This document shows, one piece after another, positions 40,186 through 53,002 of a stretch of 64,000 nucleotides of DNA; the stretch's first letter is position 1; the number at the start of each line of letters is the position of its first letter. Source of the stretch: Paraphysomonas bandaiensis (taxonomy: Eukaryota > Protista > Chrysophyceae); contig CBFFRP010000281.1 of NCBI GenBank assembly GCA_965644295.1, positions 124,001 to 188,000 on the forward strand, given 5' to 3'. The notes beneath the pieces were generated by a model. That model saw only the letters and a list, made by a program, of their open reading frames with translations. It was not told the DNA's origin and did no database searches. The translations under genes and the position numbers were made by a program.

Positions 40186-41881
40186 CTTGTGTATTATGAT
40201 ACATTGTGAGTATATACGTTTGTTGTTTTATCAAATCATATCGTAGTAAACTTATATCAATAACTCTGATTCGTCACCTGCACTCTATAAGCTAGAAGGC
40301 TCACAATAAAACCTTTAATGAACGTGTATATGTGATGTAAGACTGTGTATATTCACCATAAGCATAGATCTAAGTGTACAGTTAAGTATATCATAAAAAT
40401 TTCACTATAATTCGCCATGGAAATCAAAAGAATGTCCTCGTTAGAGAGGCTAATGGAGGCATTATCTGACAGTGACCCGCACAGTCAAGATACTGTCAGG
40501 AATGCAGTGCATACGGTGGTCGAGTACTAGAAGGAGCACTATACCATATAATGAGAAGAGTTAGAACAGTCATTGTGGCGAACTTATTCAGAATAGTTAA
40601 CTTTTAAAATATGTACTTGAAGTAAATCAATTGAATGCAAATCCACTCTAAGTATATCGTAGAATATGGATATCGATTAGAAGATGACATTATTTGATAA
40701 CTAAAACGAATGATTCCAATATCTCGCCTGACACTAGAATTAAATATTGCAGCCAGTAACACGTTTTTGTTTACGTTTTCGCAAGTGACAATCATCCTGT
40801 GATTGTATGGATTTCGTTCGCCACCGTATTTTATTACATAGATGAGTATAGGAGAATTGTTTGATTTGTACAATACCTCTTTATTTTTATGTAGTGACTT
40901 ATTCATATTGTGTTTTGCAGTATACTAGTATCCTGGTACTGCAATTGATATAGAGACCTCAAATCTCATGCCATTCTCATTGCAACATATAGGTTATGTG
41001 ATGAGTAAAGGTTATTATTGTTACATTTTGGAAGTGTGTAATAAGACCTACGACGACTTTTGCAAAAACAGCATTATACTAAGTAGTATTTATAACTGAG
41101 AACTTTACGTAATCAGTAGTGTCGGTGCCATCAATCCAATCTTGATAACAGAACGTCATCGTCTATATATTACGATGCTACGAGAGGAGTTGGATACCAG
41201 GCTTGTGTAACAATTAAAGGTGAGAGGATGTTTTTATAGAGGTTTTGAGTGTGAGGACGTTGTTATGTTGTTGCTCAGGAAACTATATTTTCTAACTCTT
41301 ATAGCATTAAGTTTGCCACTGATAATGAATAAAGTTGCCACAAAGTAGCTGTAAAGTTGCATGAACATTGTTTAACATTGTTTAGATTTGACTTAGTTCT
41401 ATATATTGAAAGTGATGGTACAACAGAGGCAACATCTGATTGACGAGTGTGGGACTGCGCAACAGCACAAGGGTCATCAATGTCGTGTACTCTGGTAGAT
41501 CTATGCACGAGATGAGCATGATGATCTGGAGAAGAAACTCGGGAGTCCTCAGCTGCTCTTGGTTCCTGTGTTACTGCAGGGAGGTACAGGCTGAGGCATA
41601 GGGTGTGTGCGGAAGAGAGTTGATGGCAATAGCTTGTCCGGAGGTTTTCGAGGAGGTGGAGTGTAAGGTGCGTGTGTGTGATAGTGCAGTGGGGGTATAT
41701 GAATGTTGGATAGGGAGCAAAGGAACTATCTCGTTCACATACACATTCCACATATATGATACACACAGTATGTACCCTATAACATGCCACATTTATCACA
41801 ACATAAGTAGCATAGTATAGGTGGTCAACTGCTTTCCAAAACGTTAGGGATTCTGGGCAAATCTAGGACATTTACGTGCGA

Positions 41882-42400
41882 CAGGGCTGCGTAACAATTA
41901 ATTGCAAATAAATTGCAAATACTTTTAACAATTAAATTGAAATTATTAGTTATAGCTCGCAGTTGCTATAACCTCCTCGGCATTCTTATGTGGTCGGGAC
42001 ACAGTAGCTGTAGCTATTTTTGATTTACAGTTTTCAGATAGTTTTGTACAATTGCAATTCCGATATGTAGATGCTTTGGTTTTCGCCATCGTTTCAAAAT
42101 TTTGAGCCCAGAACGATGTGACCTCCTTCTTATCAGCTTTTGTCATATTTGGATGATGAAATAAACTTAATATACACTCAATGCTTGAATTATAAATTAT
42201 AATCAATAGTACTTATTATTCATTCATTTTCAAATTCATGTTACCTCAACTGCCAATCATTTTAATACGATCATATGTATAGGCACAATCGTAAACAGCC
42301 AATTCATCTCTAGTTAACATTTAATGTAATACTGTGAAGCACTACTCTATTCTTCAAGAAGCGGTTGAAAAGCAGAAGCTTGAGCCGCTGCCGTCTTATA
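41882..42400. mobile_element. Decayed DNA-transposon end and remnant (CAGGGC terminus) at the left edge of the tandem array
   Basis: Starts CAGGGCTGCGTAACAATT with CAATT subterminal repeats. Internal sequence resembles 37980-38300, 45790-46030 and 48880-49130. Confidence 0.45.
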
Positions 42401-42601
42401 GGCAAGTCTATATCATTTAACTTATTGTTGTTTCCAGAACAAGACATCTAATACCAAAGAGAAACACATATAAAACGAGGAATATAAACGACATATCATA
42501 TCATACGAGAAAAATAGTGATTCTAGGATACAAACAATGGTATAAATGGTACAAACATAAAATTTAGGAATCATCAGCAATATCCCAAGAGTATAGAGAG
42601 T

Positions 42602-42794
42602 TCATTTCGGTTCATGTTGTCGCTTGTCGCTCAAGCTACAAAAAAAAAGACTTTCTGAAGAATGATTAGTGACGATGGTAGGAGTAGAGGCTGCGGTGTA
42701 GGGAGTTGGACTTACTGAATTGCATTGAGATGGCGTATAAGATGCACTGAGGGGTTTACATTTTATTCGTAGTGCGGGGTAGTTATCTATCTCG
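42602..42794 (-). pseudogene. Duplicated 3' fragment of the EF-hand gene (part of a roughly 410-bp tandem duplication)
   Basis: Matches 43004-43196 plus the downstream UTR. Confidence 0.85.
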
Positions 42795-43003
42795 GCCGTT
42801 TTATAAGCAAGTCAAAATCATGTAACATATTGTTGTTTCCAGAACAAGACATCTAATACCAAAGAGAAACACATATAAAACGAGGAATACAAAACGATAT
42901 ATCATACGAGAAAAATAGTGATTCTAGGATACAAAACAATGGTGTAAATGGTACAAACATAAAATTTAGGAATCATCAGCAATATCCCAAGAGTATAGGG
43001 AGT

Positions 43004-44065
43004 TCATTTCGGTTCATGTTGTCGCTTGTCGCTCAAGCTACAAAAAAAATGACTTTCTGAAGAATGATTAGTGACGATAGTAGGAGTAGAGGCTGCGGTG
43101 TACGAAGTTGGACTTACTGAGCTGCATTGAGATGGCGTATAAGATGTACTCAGGGGTTTACATTTTATTCGTAGTGTGGGGTAGTTATCTATCTCGTATT
43201 CTCTAAGGACATCAACCAGAGGATTGTCGTATTGCCTTGGGCTGGGAGCATGAATTCGCTCCGTAGAGATACTTAAATTGCGATCAATAAGGCTACTTAC
43301 ACTACTGCTCAAGGATCTGAATACACCTTGAGAGGAATAGTTTGTAGTCTTCATATCTGTTAGCTCTTTCTGTATTGCAGCCAATCTGGAGGATAGTTCT
43401 TGTCTAAATATTATATCTTTATATTTTGAGCTGAGCACCCGTACATAGGATGCCTCCATCTGGTCATTCCTTCTGCCGCGACGATCGCAGATTGTACTCC
43501 AAAAGGCCTCACCACAGATCCGACGGCGAAGAGTAGTCTGTAAAGTTTTAACGGGAGAGCATAGTGAAGGGTGGCCCTGGCACCATTGAGCAAACATGCT
43601 AGAAGTAATAAGGTCGTCGTTACTCAGCAATAGTTCAGAAATAGCATGTAGATTTGCATCGTCTTTTAAATTGTCGCCATGGATATCTACCAGCAGCTTC
43701 CGTATATTTGTAGACGTTAAGGAATTGATATTATCGTTGTCATATACAATGAATATGTAGGGTGCCAGTTCACAGGCCTCCAGTGATAGAAAACACCAAA
43801 CCAGACACACAAATTGAGAGAAATTCACACTCTTCGCACCGGCCACCTGACAGAATCTTCGGGGATTGAATATTCTATGCTCCAACCTTCCGGCCTGTAA
43901 TTCCAATTGTGTAAATATATTATGAATGTCGACACACTCACAGTCCGGAGGAGAAAAGCCAGAGAACACATCAAACAATAGATTGAGCTCAGAGTATGAC
44001 AGTCCAATTTCTTTTAGAAGGACAGAACTGATCGAGTCCACTGAAGAGCTTTGACAAGATCCCAT
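43004..44065 (-). CDS. N-myristoylated EF-hand (calcineurin B/NCS-like fold) protein, copy 1, 353 aa
   Basis: The shared start MGSCQS fits MGxxxS. VNFSQFV, FIVYDNDNINSLT and LQTTLRRRICGEAFW are present; no introns. Confidence 0.8.
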   Translation of the reverse strand: MGSCQSSSVDSISSVLLKEIGLSYSELNLLFDVFSGFSPPDCECVDIHNIFTQLELQAGRLEHRIFNPRRFCQVAGAKSVNFSQFVCLVWCFLSLEACELAPYIFIVYDNDNINSLTSTNIRKLLVDIHGDNLKDDANLHAISELLLSNDDLITSSMFAQWCQGHPSLCSPVKTLQTTLRRRICGEAFWSTICDRRGRRNDQMEASYVRVLSSKYKDIIFRQELSSRLAAIQKELTDMKTTNYSSQGVFRSLSSSVSSLIDRNLSISTERIHAPSPRQYDNPLVDVLREYEIDNYPTLRIKCKPLSTSYTPSQCSSVSPTSYTAASTPTIVTNHSSESHFFCSLSDKRQHEPK

Positions 44066-46248
44066 ATCGTATGTGTGTGTATGAGATCCGCTCCCTTGCT
44101 CTGACCATGTATTGTGATGTGTGGCTGGGTGACTTCCACAACTGACATGTATTTGTCTTGATTTTTTGAGACGAATTTTGTGATGCAATTTTGACACATG
44201 ACACAAATTTGTTTAATTGTCAAAATTGTCTACATAAATTTGCGACGCATATTGTGACGGACTTTGTAACACGATACAAAAAAAAATACGACAATTGTGG
44301 AAGTAATTCATTGAAATGTTTAATTAAGTTATGTTGGATATGAAGAGTAAAGTGCGTAGTAAAGTTTACTCACTTTCACTCTATCTGACAAATAATATCG
44401 TAGCATTGTGAAATAAGGGCCTGTGATTTGCTAAGAAAATCGTAGTACGAAATATGAAAGATGCAGTACAAAGCATGTTTCGCTGTCGTACGATCGTAGT
44501 GTGATAAGTTCCGTCGTATTTTTTTTTGTGTCGTGTCACAAAGTCCGTCACAAAAAAACGACACAAAAGTTGTGGCAGTCATCAACACGTGCACGGGACG
44601 AAGTGAGCTACAGCAAACGGGAGTGGTGGTATATCCGTGATGTACATGTGCACCCCGTATATAGAAACCAGTGCGTGTCCAATGAGAATAGCGGGCTGAC
44701 TGTTTGATAGGTGGAGGTGGTAGGAGAATATGTTGCGATACGGTATCTGCCTTAAAGGTAGTAAAACAGCTGGCGTCACTGAAAGAAGCGCAGGCGCGTG
44801 AGAAGACTGAAACAGTTAGAGTAAAGTGGCATCTGAAGGCCAGTAAGGGGGTAGTGTAGTGTGTACAACATGAGCTAAAGAGGTTTTCATCTGAGTGGTG
44901 ATGGAGTGCAAACATATAGACTGAGTTCGGGGGAGAGGAGCCAAATTGAGGCAGGACCCGCCATTGTGATGCTACCATGCCATGTAGCGTGGTGCTGGGC
45001 TATATTTCAGATCAGAGAATAGAGAATTAGTTCTATATATAGCATATATCGAGATATATTATTCAACCTAGTCAATTCTTAGTCATACTATTGTCGGTGT
45101 AAAAACCTAGTCAAAGCAACAAATGATTCAACCTAGCCAATTATAGTATTAAATCTAGTCATGAATTATTGTACTCGCATATAGCTACGCGTTACAGAAG
45201 CATGAGGTCATAGCAGGTGAAAGAATTTGAATGGACTTGGTGTCTATAAAGGTAGAAAAAAACATAAGTGAGTTATGTTTTCTTCCCTATAACTAATACA
45301 GCATATTATGCGTTGCTTGTTTTTGTGTGTTTTGGTATGTGCATATATATAGGGGTGAAGGGTGCACCATATTGACAGCGTAACTAATCACCAAGTTTGA
45401 TTATCTAGTGAGTGGTGCACCTCTACCTCTGTACACATTGCTTATTTCAGCGCTTTCCTACTCGGGTTCTCACTGCATATTCTATTGTTACTTCCAACAG
45501 CGTTCATAATAGCAGCACCCAGCGCATTTCATTCAGGGTTTGGGTCACGTGCTTATTAGGATTTTGTGCATTATATCATTCGACTCAGTTGCACTAGCAG
45601 AGTTAAAGCGTGACGTACATAAATATGATGATGATAACGATGCCAACGACAATAAGAAGCCTCGCGCAATTACAATTTAATACATTCATCATCACAATAT
45701 GTCATTTATGTGCGAGATTAGATATATTGAAAGTCTTATTAATAGCAATAGGCGTTAAAATCTGCACCAACTAGGTAGCTAGTGAATAGATAACTCACAG
45801 TTGCTATACCCTCCTCGGAATTTTTATGTGGTCAGGACACAGTAGCTGTAGCTATTCACTCATATTCAAATTCATGTTATCTCAACTACCAATCATTTTA
45901 ATACGATCATATATAGGCACAATCGTAAACAGCCAATTTCAGTTTTCACTACTACTATTCATCTCTAGTTAACATTTAATGTAATACTGTAATTCTTCAA
46001 GAAGCGGTTGTAAAGCAGAAGCTTGAGCCGCTGCTGTTTATAACAAGATAAAATCATATAACTTATAGTCGTTTCCCAAAACAAGACATCTAATACCAAA
46101 GAGAAAAACATATAAAGCGAGGAATATAAAACGATATATCATATCATACGAGAAAAATAGTGATTCCAGAATACAAAAAAAAATCGTATAAATGGTACAA
46201 ACATAAAATATTAGGAATCATCAGCAATATCCCAAGAGTATAGAGAGT

Positions 46249-47310
46249 TCATTTCGGTTCATGTTGTCGCTTGTCGCTCAAGCTACAAAAAAAATGACTT
46301 TCTGAAGAATGATTAGTGACGATAGTAGGAGTAGAGGCTGCGGTGTAGGAAGTTGGACTTACTGAGCTGCATTGAGATGGCGTATAAGATGTACTCAGGG
46401 GTTTACATTTTATTCGTAGTGTGGGGTAGTTATCTATATCGTATTCTCTAAGGACATCAACCAGAGGATTGTCGTATTGCCTTGGGCTGGGAGCATGAAT
46501 TCGCTCCGTAGAGATACTTAAATTGCGATCAATAAGGCTACTTGCGCTACTGCGCAAGGATCTGAATACTCCTTGAGAGGAATAGTTTGTAGTCTTCATA
46601 TCTGTTAGCTCTTTCTTAATTGCAGCCAATCTAGAGGATAGTTCCTGTCTAAATACTATATCTTTATATTTTGAGCTGAGCACCCGTACATAGGATGCCT
46701 CCATCTGGTCATTCCTTCTGCTGCGACGATCGCAGATTGTACTCCAAAAGTCCTCACCACAGATCCGACGGCGAAGAGTAGCCTGTAAAGTTTTAACGGG
46801 AGAGCATAGTGAAGGGTGACCCTGGCACCATTGCGCAAACATGCTAGAAGTAATAAGGTCGTCGTTACTCAGCAATAGTTCAGAAATAGCATGTAGATTT
46901 GTATCATCTTTTAAATTGTCGCCATGGATATCTACCAGCAGCTTCCGTATATTTGTAGACGTTAAGGAATTGATATTATCGTCGCCATATACAATGAATA
47001 TGTAGGGTGCCAGTTCACAGGCCTCCAGTGATAGAAAACACCAAACCAGACACACAAACTGAGAGAAATTCACACTCTTCGCACCGGCCACCTGACAGAA
47101 TCTTCGGGGACTGAATATTCTATGCTCCAACCTTCCGGCCTGTAGTCCCAATTGTGTAAATACATTTTGAATGTCGACACACTCACAGTGCGGAGGAGAT
47201 AAGCCGGAGAACACATCAAACAATAGATTGAGCTCAGAGTATGACAGTCCAATTTCTTTTAGAAGGACAGAACTGATCGAGTCCACTGAAGAGCTTTGAC
47301 AAGATCCCAT
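46249..47310 (-). CDS. EF-hand protein, copy 2
   Basis: Near-identical to copy 1, same length. Confidence 0.8.
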   Translation of the reverse strand: MGSCQSSSVDSISSVLLKEIGLSYSELNLLFDVFSGLSPPHCECVDIQNVFTQLGLQAGRLEHRIFSPRRFCQVAGAKSVNFSQFVCLVWCFLSLEACELAPYIFIVYGDDNINSLTSTNIRKLLVDIHGDNLKDDTNLHAISELLLSNDDLITSSMFAQWCQGHPSLCSPVKTLQATLRRRICGEDFWSTICDRRSRRNDQMEASYVRVLSSKYKDIVFRQELSSRLAAIKKELTDMKTTNYSSQGVFRSLRSSASSLIDRNLSISTERIHAPSPRQYDNPLVDVLREYDIDNYPTLRIKCKPLSTSYTPSQCSSVSPTSYTAASTPTIVTNHSSESHFFCSLSDKRQHEPK

Positions 47311-49356
47311 ATCGTATGTGTGTGTATGAGATCCGCTCCCCTGCTCTGACCATGTAGATATGAAGTGAAGTTGTATGTTAGATATGAAGAGTTTGGTGTG
47401 TGGATATGAATGCCCCATTCCACATATTCTGACAAATAATATCATAGCATTGTGAAATAAGGGTCTGTGATTTGCTGATAATATCGTAGTAGGATATACG
47501 AAAGTTGCAGTACAAGGCATGTTATTCTCAATGTACATATGCTCTATACATACATGTATATGGAACAGATGTACCAATATATACGTACCATATGTACCAT
47601 ATGTACGATCGTAGTGTGATGAGTAGTACTGTAGTTTGATGTGTCCATGTACATGTAGTACTGTACATGTATATACGTGTACAAGTGCATGGGACGAAGT
47701 GGAGTATACCTATAGCTAACGGGAGTGGCGGTATGTCCGTAATGTACATATTCACCCCGTATATAGCAACCAGTGCATGTCCAATGAGAATAGCGGGCTG
47801 ACTGTTTGATAGGTGGAGGTGGTAGGAGAATATGTTGCGATACGGTATCTGCCTTAAAGGTAGTAAAACATCTGGCGTCACTGAAAGAAGCGCAGGCGCG
47901 TGAGAAGACTGAAACTGTTAGAGTAAAGTGGCATCTGAAGGCCAGTAAGGGGGTAGTGTAGTGTGTACAACATGAGCTAAAGAGGTTTTCATCTGAGTGG
48001 TGATGGAGTGCAAACATATAGACTGAGTCCGGGGGAGAGGAGCCAAATTGAGGCAGGACCCGCCATTGTGATGCTACCATGCCATGTAGCGTGGTGCTGG
48101 GCTATATTTCAGATCAGAGAATAGAGAATTAGTTCTATATATAGCATATATCGAGATATATTATTCAACCTAGTCAATTCTTAGTCATACTATTGTCGGT
48201 GTAAAAACCTAGTCAAAGCAACAAATGACTCAACCTAGCCAGTTATAGTATTTAACCTAGTCATGAATTATTGTACTCGCATATAGCTACGCGTTACAGA
48301 AGCATGAGGTCATAGCAGGTGAAAGAATTTGAATGGGCTTGGTGTCTATAAAGTAGAAAAAAACATAAGTGAGTTATGTTTCCTTCCCTATAACTAATAC
48401 AGCATATTATGCGTTGCTTGTTTTTGTGTGTTTTGGTATGTGCATATATATAGGGGTGAAGGGTGCACCATATTGACAGCGTAACTAATCACCAAGTTTG
48501 ATTATCTAGTGAGTGGTGCACCTCTACCTCTGTACACATTGCTTATTTCAGCGCTTTCCTACTCGGGTTCTCACTGCATATTCTATTGTTACTTCCAACA
48601 GCGTTCATAATAGCAGCACCCAGCGCATTTCATTCAGGGTTTGGGTCACGTGCTTATTAGGATTTTGTGCATTATATCATTCGACTCAGTTGCACTAGCA
48701 GAGTTAAAGCGTGACGTACATAAATATGATGATGATAACGATGCCAACGACAATAAGAAGCCTCGCGCAATTACAATTTAATACAATATGTCATTTATGT
48801 GCGAGATTATATATATTGAAAGTCTTATTAATAGCAATAGGCGTTAAAATCTGCACCAACTTAGTAGCTAGTGAATAGATATCTCGCAGTTGCTATACCC
48901 TCCTCGTAATTCTTATGTGGTCAGGACACAGTAGCTGTAGTTATTCACTCATATTCAAATTCATGTTATCTCAACTACCAATCATTTTAATACGATCATA
49001 TATAGGCACAATCGTAAACAGCCAATTTCAGTTTTCACTACTACTATTCATCTCTAGTTAACATTAAATGTAATACTGTTAAGAACTACTCCATTCTTCA
49101 AAAAGCGGTTGTAAAGCAGAAGCTTGAGCCGCTGCTGTTTATAACAAGATAAAATCATATAACTTATAGTTGTTTCCCAAAACAAGACATCTAATACCAA
49201 AGAGAAACACATATAAAACGAGGAATATAAAACGATATATCATATCATACGAGAAAAATAGCGATTCTAAAATACAAAAACAATCGTATAAATGGTACAA
49301 ACATAACTTGATAATATATTAAGAATCATCAGCAATATCCCAAGAGTATAGAGAGT

Positions 49357-50418
49357 TCATTTTGGTTCATGTTGTCGCTTGTCGCTCAAGCTACAAAAAA
49401 AATGACTTTCTGAAGAATGATTAGTGACGATAGTAGGAGTAGAGGCTGCGGTGTAGGAAGTTGGACTTACTGAGCTGCATTGAGATGGCGTATAAGATGT
49501 ACTCAGGGGTTTACATTTTATTCGTAGTGTGGGGTAGTTATCTATATCGTATTCTCTAAGGACATCAACCAGAGGATTGTCGTATTGCCTTGGGCTGGGA
49601 GCATGAATTCGCTCCGTAGAGATACTTAAATTGCGATCAATAAGGCTACTTGCGCTACTGCGCAAGGATCTGAATACTCCTTGAGAGGAATAGTTTGTAG
49701 TCTTCATATCTGTTAGCTCTTTCTTAATTGCAGCCAATCTAGAGGATAGTTCCTGTCTAAATATTACATCTTTATATTTTGAGCTGAGCACCCGTACATA
49801 GGATGCCTCCATCTGGTCATTCCTTCTGCTGCGACGATCGCAGATTGTACTCCAAAAGGCCTCACCACAGATCCGACGGCGAAGAGTAGCCTGTAAAGTT
49901 TTAACGGGAGAGCATAGTGAAGGGTGGCCCTGGCACCATTGAGCAAACATGCTAGAAGTAATAAGGTCGTCGTTACTCAGCAATAGTTCAGAAATAGCAT
50001 GTAGATTTGCATCGTCTTTTAAATTGTCGCCATGGATATCTACCAGCAGCTTCCGTATATTTGTAGACGTTAAGGAATTGATATTATCGTCGCCATATAC
50101 AATGAATATGTAGGGTGCCAGTTCACAGGCCTCCAGTGATAGAAAACACCAAACCAGACATACAAACTGAGAAAAATTCACACTCTTCGCACCGGCCGCC
50201 TGACAGAATCTTCGGGGACTGAATATTCTATGCTCCAACCTTCCGGCCTGTAATCCCAATTGTGTAAATATATTATGAATGTCGACACTATCACACTCCG
50301 GAGGAGATAAGCCGGAGAACACATCAAACAATAGATTGAGCTCAGAGTATGACAGTCCAATTTCTTTTAGAAGGACAGAACTGATCGAGTCCACTGAAGA
50401 GCTTTGACAAGATCCCAT
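49357..50418 (-). CDS. EF-hand protein, copy 3
   Basis: Near-identical to copies 1 and 2, same length. Confidence 0.8.
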   Translation of the reverse strand: MGSCQSSSVDSISSVLLKEIGLSYSELNLLFDVFSGLSPPECDSVDIHNIFTQLGLQAGRLEHRIFSPRRFCQAAGAKSVNFSQFVCLVWCFLSLEACELAPYIFIVYGDDNINSLTSTNIRKLLVDIHGDNLKDDANLHAISELLLSNDDLITSSMFAQWCQGHPSLCSPVKTLQATLRRRICGEAFWSTICDRRSRRNDQMEASYVRVLSSKYKDVIFRQELSSRLAAIKKELTDMKTTNYSSQGVFRSLRSSASSLIDRNLSISTERIHAPSPRQYDNPLVDVLREYDIDNYPTLRIKCKPLSTSYTPSQCSSVSPTSYTAASTPTIVTNHSSESHFFCSLSDKRQHEPK

Positions 50419-53002
50419 ATCGTATGTGTGTGTATGAGATCCGCTCCCCTGCTCTGACCATGTAGATATGAAGTGAAGTTGTATGTTAGATATGAAGAGT
50501 TTGGTGTGTGGATATGAATGCCCCATTCCACATATTCTGACAAATAATATCATAGCATTGTGAAATAAGGGTCTGTGATTTGCTAATAAAATCAAGTACG
50601 ATATATGGAAAGTTGCAGTACAATGCATGTTCAGCCGTAGTACGATTGAGTGTAGGGCCCGCACCGCAGGCAGATCTCGCACCCTTGATTTTACACAATA
50701 GCCGCACAGTTGGTGCGCCCATAGTGTGATCCAATTGATTGGTGTGATTGTAGGATGATAGGCTGTGCACATACATATCATCACAGTACCGCGCCTAACA
50801 TGCATCGAGTATATATATATATATGGCGAGATAGCCATATGCAGCACATAAACATTAATGAATGCTTGAATGCTTGGTAATAACAACATGTTCCTATCAT
50901 CTTATTTCATGAACTGTGAGATGAGATATGCAGTTTGTAGACAAAGTTTACTATAAATAAGGCTGTATATATAGTAATGGTAAGGGGCTGTATATTATGG
51001 TATGGTATGGTATGATATGATATGGATAGGGTGGTGTACAGTGTATGATATTGTGGGATGATGTATACATGATTTATACTATATAGTAAAGAAGATGCTG
51101 CACGATGTGGTGGATTAATATTATTATATATCACTGTTGGTCCTCAGTTTGTCTAGATTCATCCAATTGCTTCTTTTATTTTTCGTATGATAGGCTAAAT
51201 ACCTAAAATGCAGGAATGTCATACACTGGAGCGATATTTATGACGGACAGGCATACGCAGTAAAACACACATGAATGCCAGGTAAATGCATGCTCCCCTC
51301 ATCTTATTTACAGTGTCAGATATGCAGGCGGATGACCAGTGATACAGGTGAAGGAATAGAAGGCTTTATATCATGATATGATATGGATTGGATGGTATAA
51401 ACTATGATGAATGTACTACGTTGTGTGATAGTATATGATTTGATTGTACATGATATGAGATGCTGAATGGTGTAATGTTTATACTTACCGGTGCAAGAGG
51501 GATGCCTAAGCGGCACAAGCGCCCGGTTGCCCCTGTTCTTTCTTACAGTAGTGAAGAGGTACCATGTTATGTAATGATATTCAGTATGGCTGTATGTGAT
51601 AAATTTTTAAACGATGTGTCATATAATATAATATTGTGTAATGCTAAGCCGTACGAAAGAAATGGCTGTGTGATATGACTGTATATGATAAAATGCTGAA
51701 CGCTGTGGCGGTTTATTATGTTGTTGTATGCTCTGTTAATAATGGTACGATGTATTACAAGTGCTAAGAAATCATTAATTATAAGAGTACAGTATAAAAG
51801 TTGATGGAGTGATTATAAATGAATACATATAGGCATTTTACAGATTTCTAACACCAGACTGAACTTTTCTTTTCTTTGACCTAGGAATAATGTTACCATC
51901 GCTGTCCCTTCCTGCACTCATTGCATCATATATACTGTTAATGTATTTCTTAGAGGCTTTCTTTTTTGGGTGAAACTTTTCGTTATTTTCCTGACCAAAT
52001 AAATCAACAATAACACGCATTTCAACCTCTTCAGCTAGGCATTTTAAATTAGCCTTCCATTCTCTGTCTGTAGGAAGTAGACTGACTTGCCATACAGGGT
52101 TTTGGCTCAGCAAGAAACCCTCCTTCGTAATACCACATGCTCACTTATCATCAGCACTTATATAGTTAGGCACCGTGGTGCGGGCTTCAGGGTACGGTAC
52201 CTTCCACATTTTACAGAAAGTGTGAAGGGGATGTTCGAGTGGAGTGGGGAGGAGGGTAGTGAGGTGGAGTATACCTATAGTACAGCAACGGGGGTGATGA
52301 TACGTCCGTAATATGCGTATACACCCCATATAGAAAAACCAGTGCGTGCCCAATGAAAATGGTGGGCTGGCTGCTTAATAGATGGTGGGCCGGTGGAGTT
52401 GAGAGTGTTTGAGCTGATATGCATAGAAAAGTCCGTTGATTAGGGTTAACGTTGATATAGGGCTCGTGTGGATGCTATTTACTGGAGCATTTTTAGGACT
52501 TGAGGGGATTGGTAGGAAAGAGTAGTGATTGGAGTCCAGGGTCTGAGATAGTACATACCTTCTTCGAATAAGGTGGTAGGAGAGTATGTAGTGATTGATA
52601 ATGGGGAAATGAGATGCGGTATCTATCTAAGAGGCTAAGAGATAAGGTAAAAGAGATGGCGTCACTGCAGAACGGCAGGCACGTAATAAAGCTGAAACAG
52701 TTAGAGTAAATTGGCATCTTAAGGCAGGTAATGGGAATGTAGTGTGTACAACATGAGCTAAAGAGGTTTTCATCTTAGTGTGGATGGAGTACAAACAGAG
52801 ACTGTGTCCGGGGGAAAGGAGACAACCATGGAAACAACAGAGCCATGGAGCGGGGTGCTAGCAGAAAGGTGTAACTTTTTGGGTTATATTTCAGACCAGA
52901 GAACAGAGAATTAGTTCTATATATAGCATATATCAAGTACCAGTACATCGTTGATGGGATGTCATTGATGGTATTCCAGTTCCTGGCAATTGTAGTGACC
53001 AT

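Larger units (their letters stand above)
41950..50660. repeat. Tandem segmental triplication, period about 3.1-3.25 kb
   Basis: Stop codons at 43004, 46249 and 49357; intergenic blocks are also repeated (44640-45790 vs 47750-48880). Confidence 0.95.

Noticed and set aside
44066-50889. Long N-terminal extensions on the three EF-hand ORFs (400, 442 and 510 aa)
   Set aside because: The extensions differ among copies and use upstream or alternative starts; the shared MGSCQS myristoylation start is more plausible.
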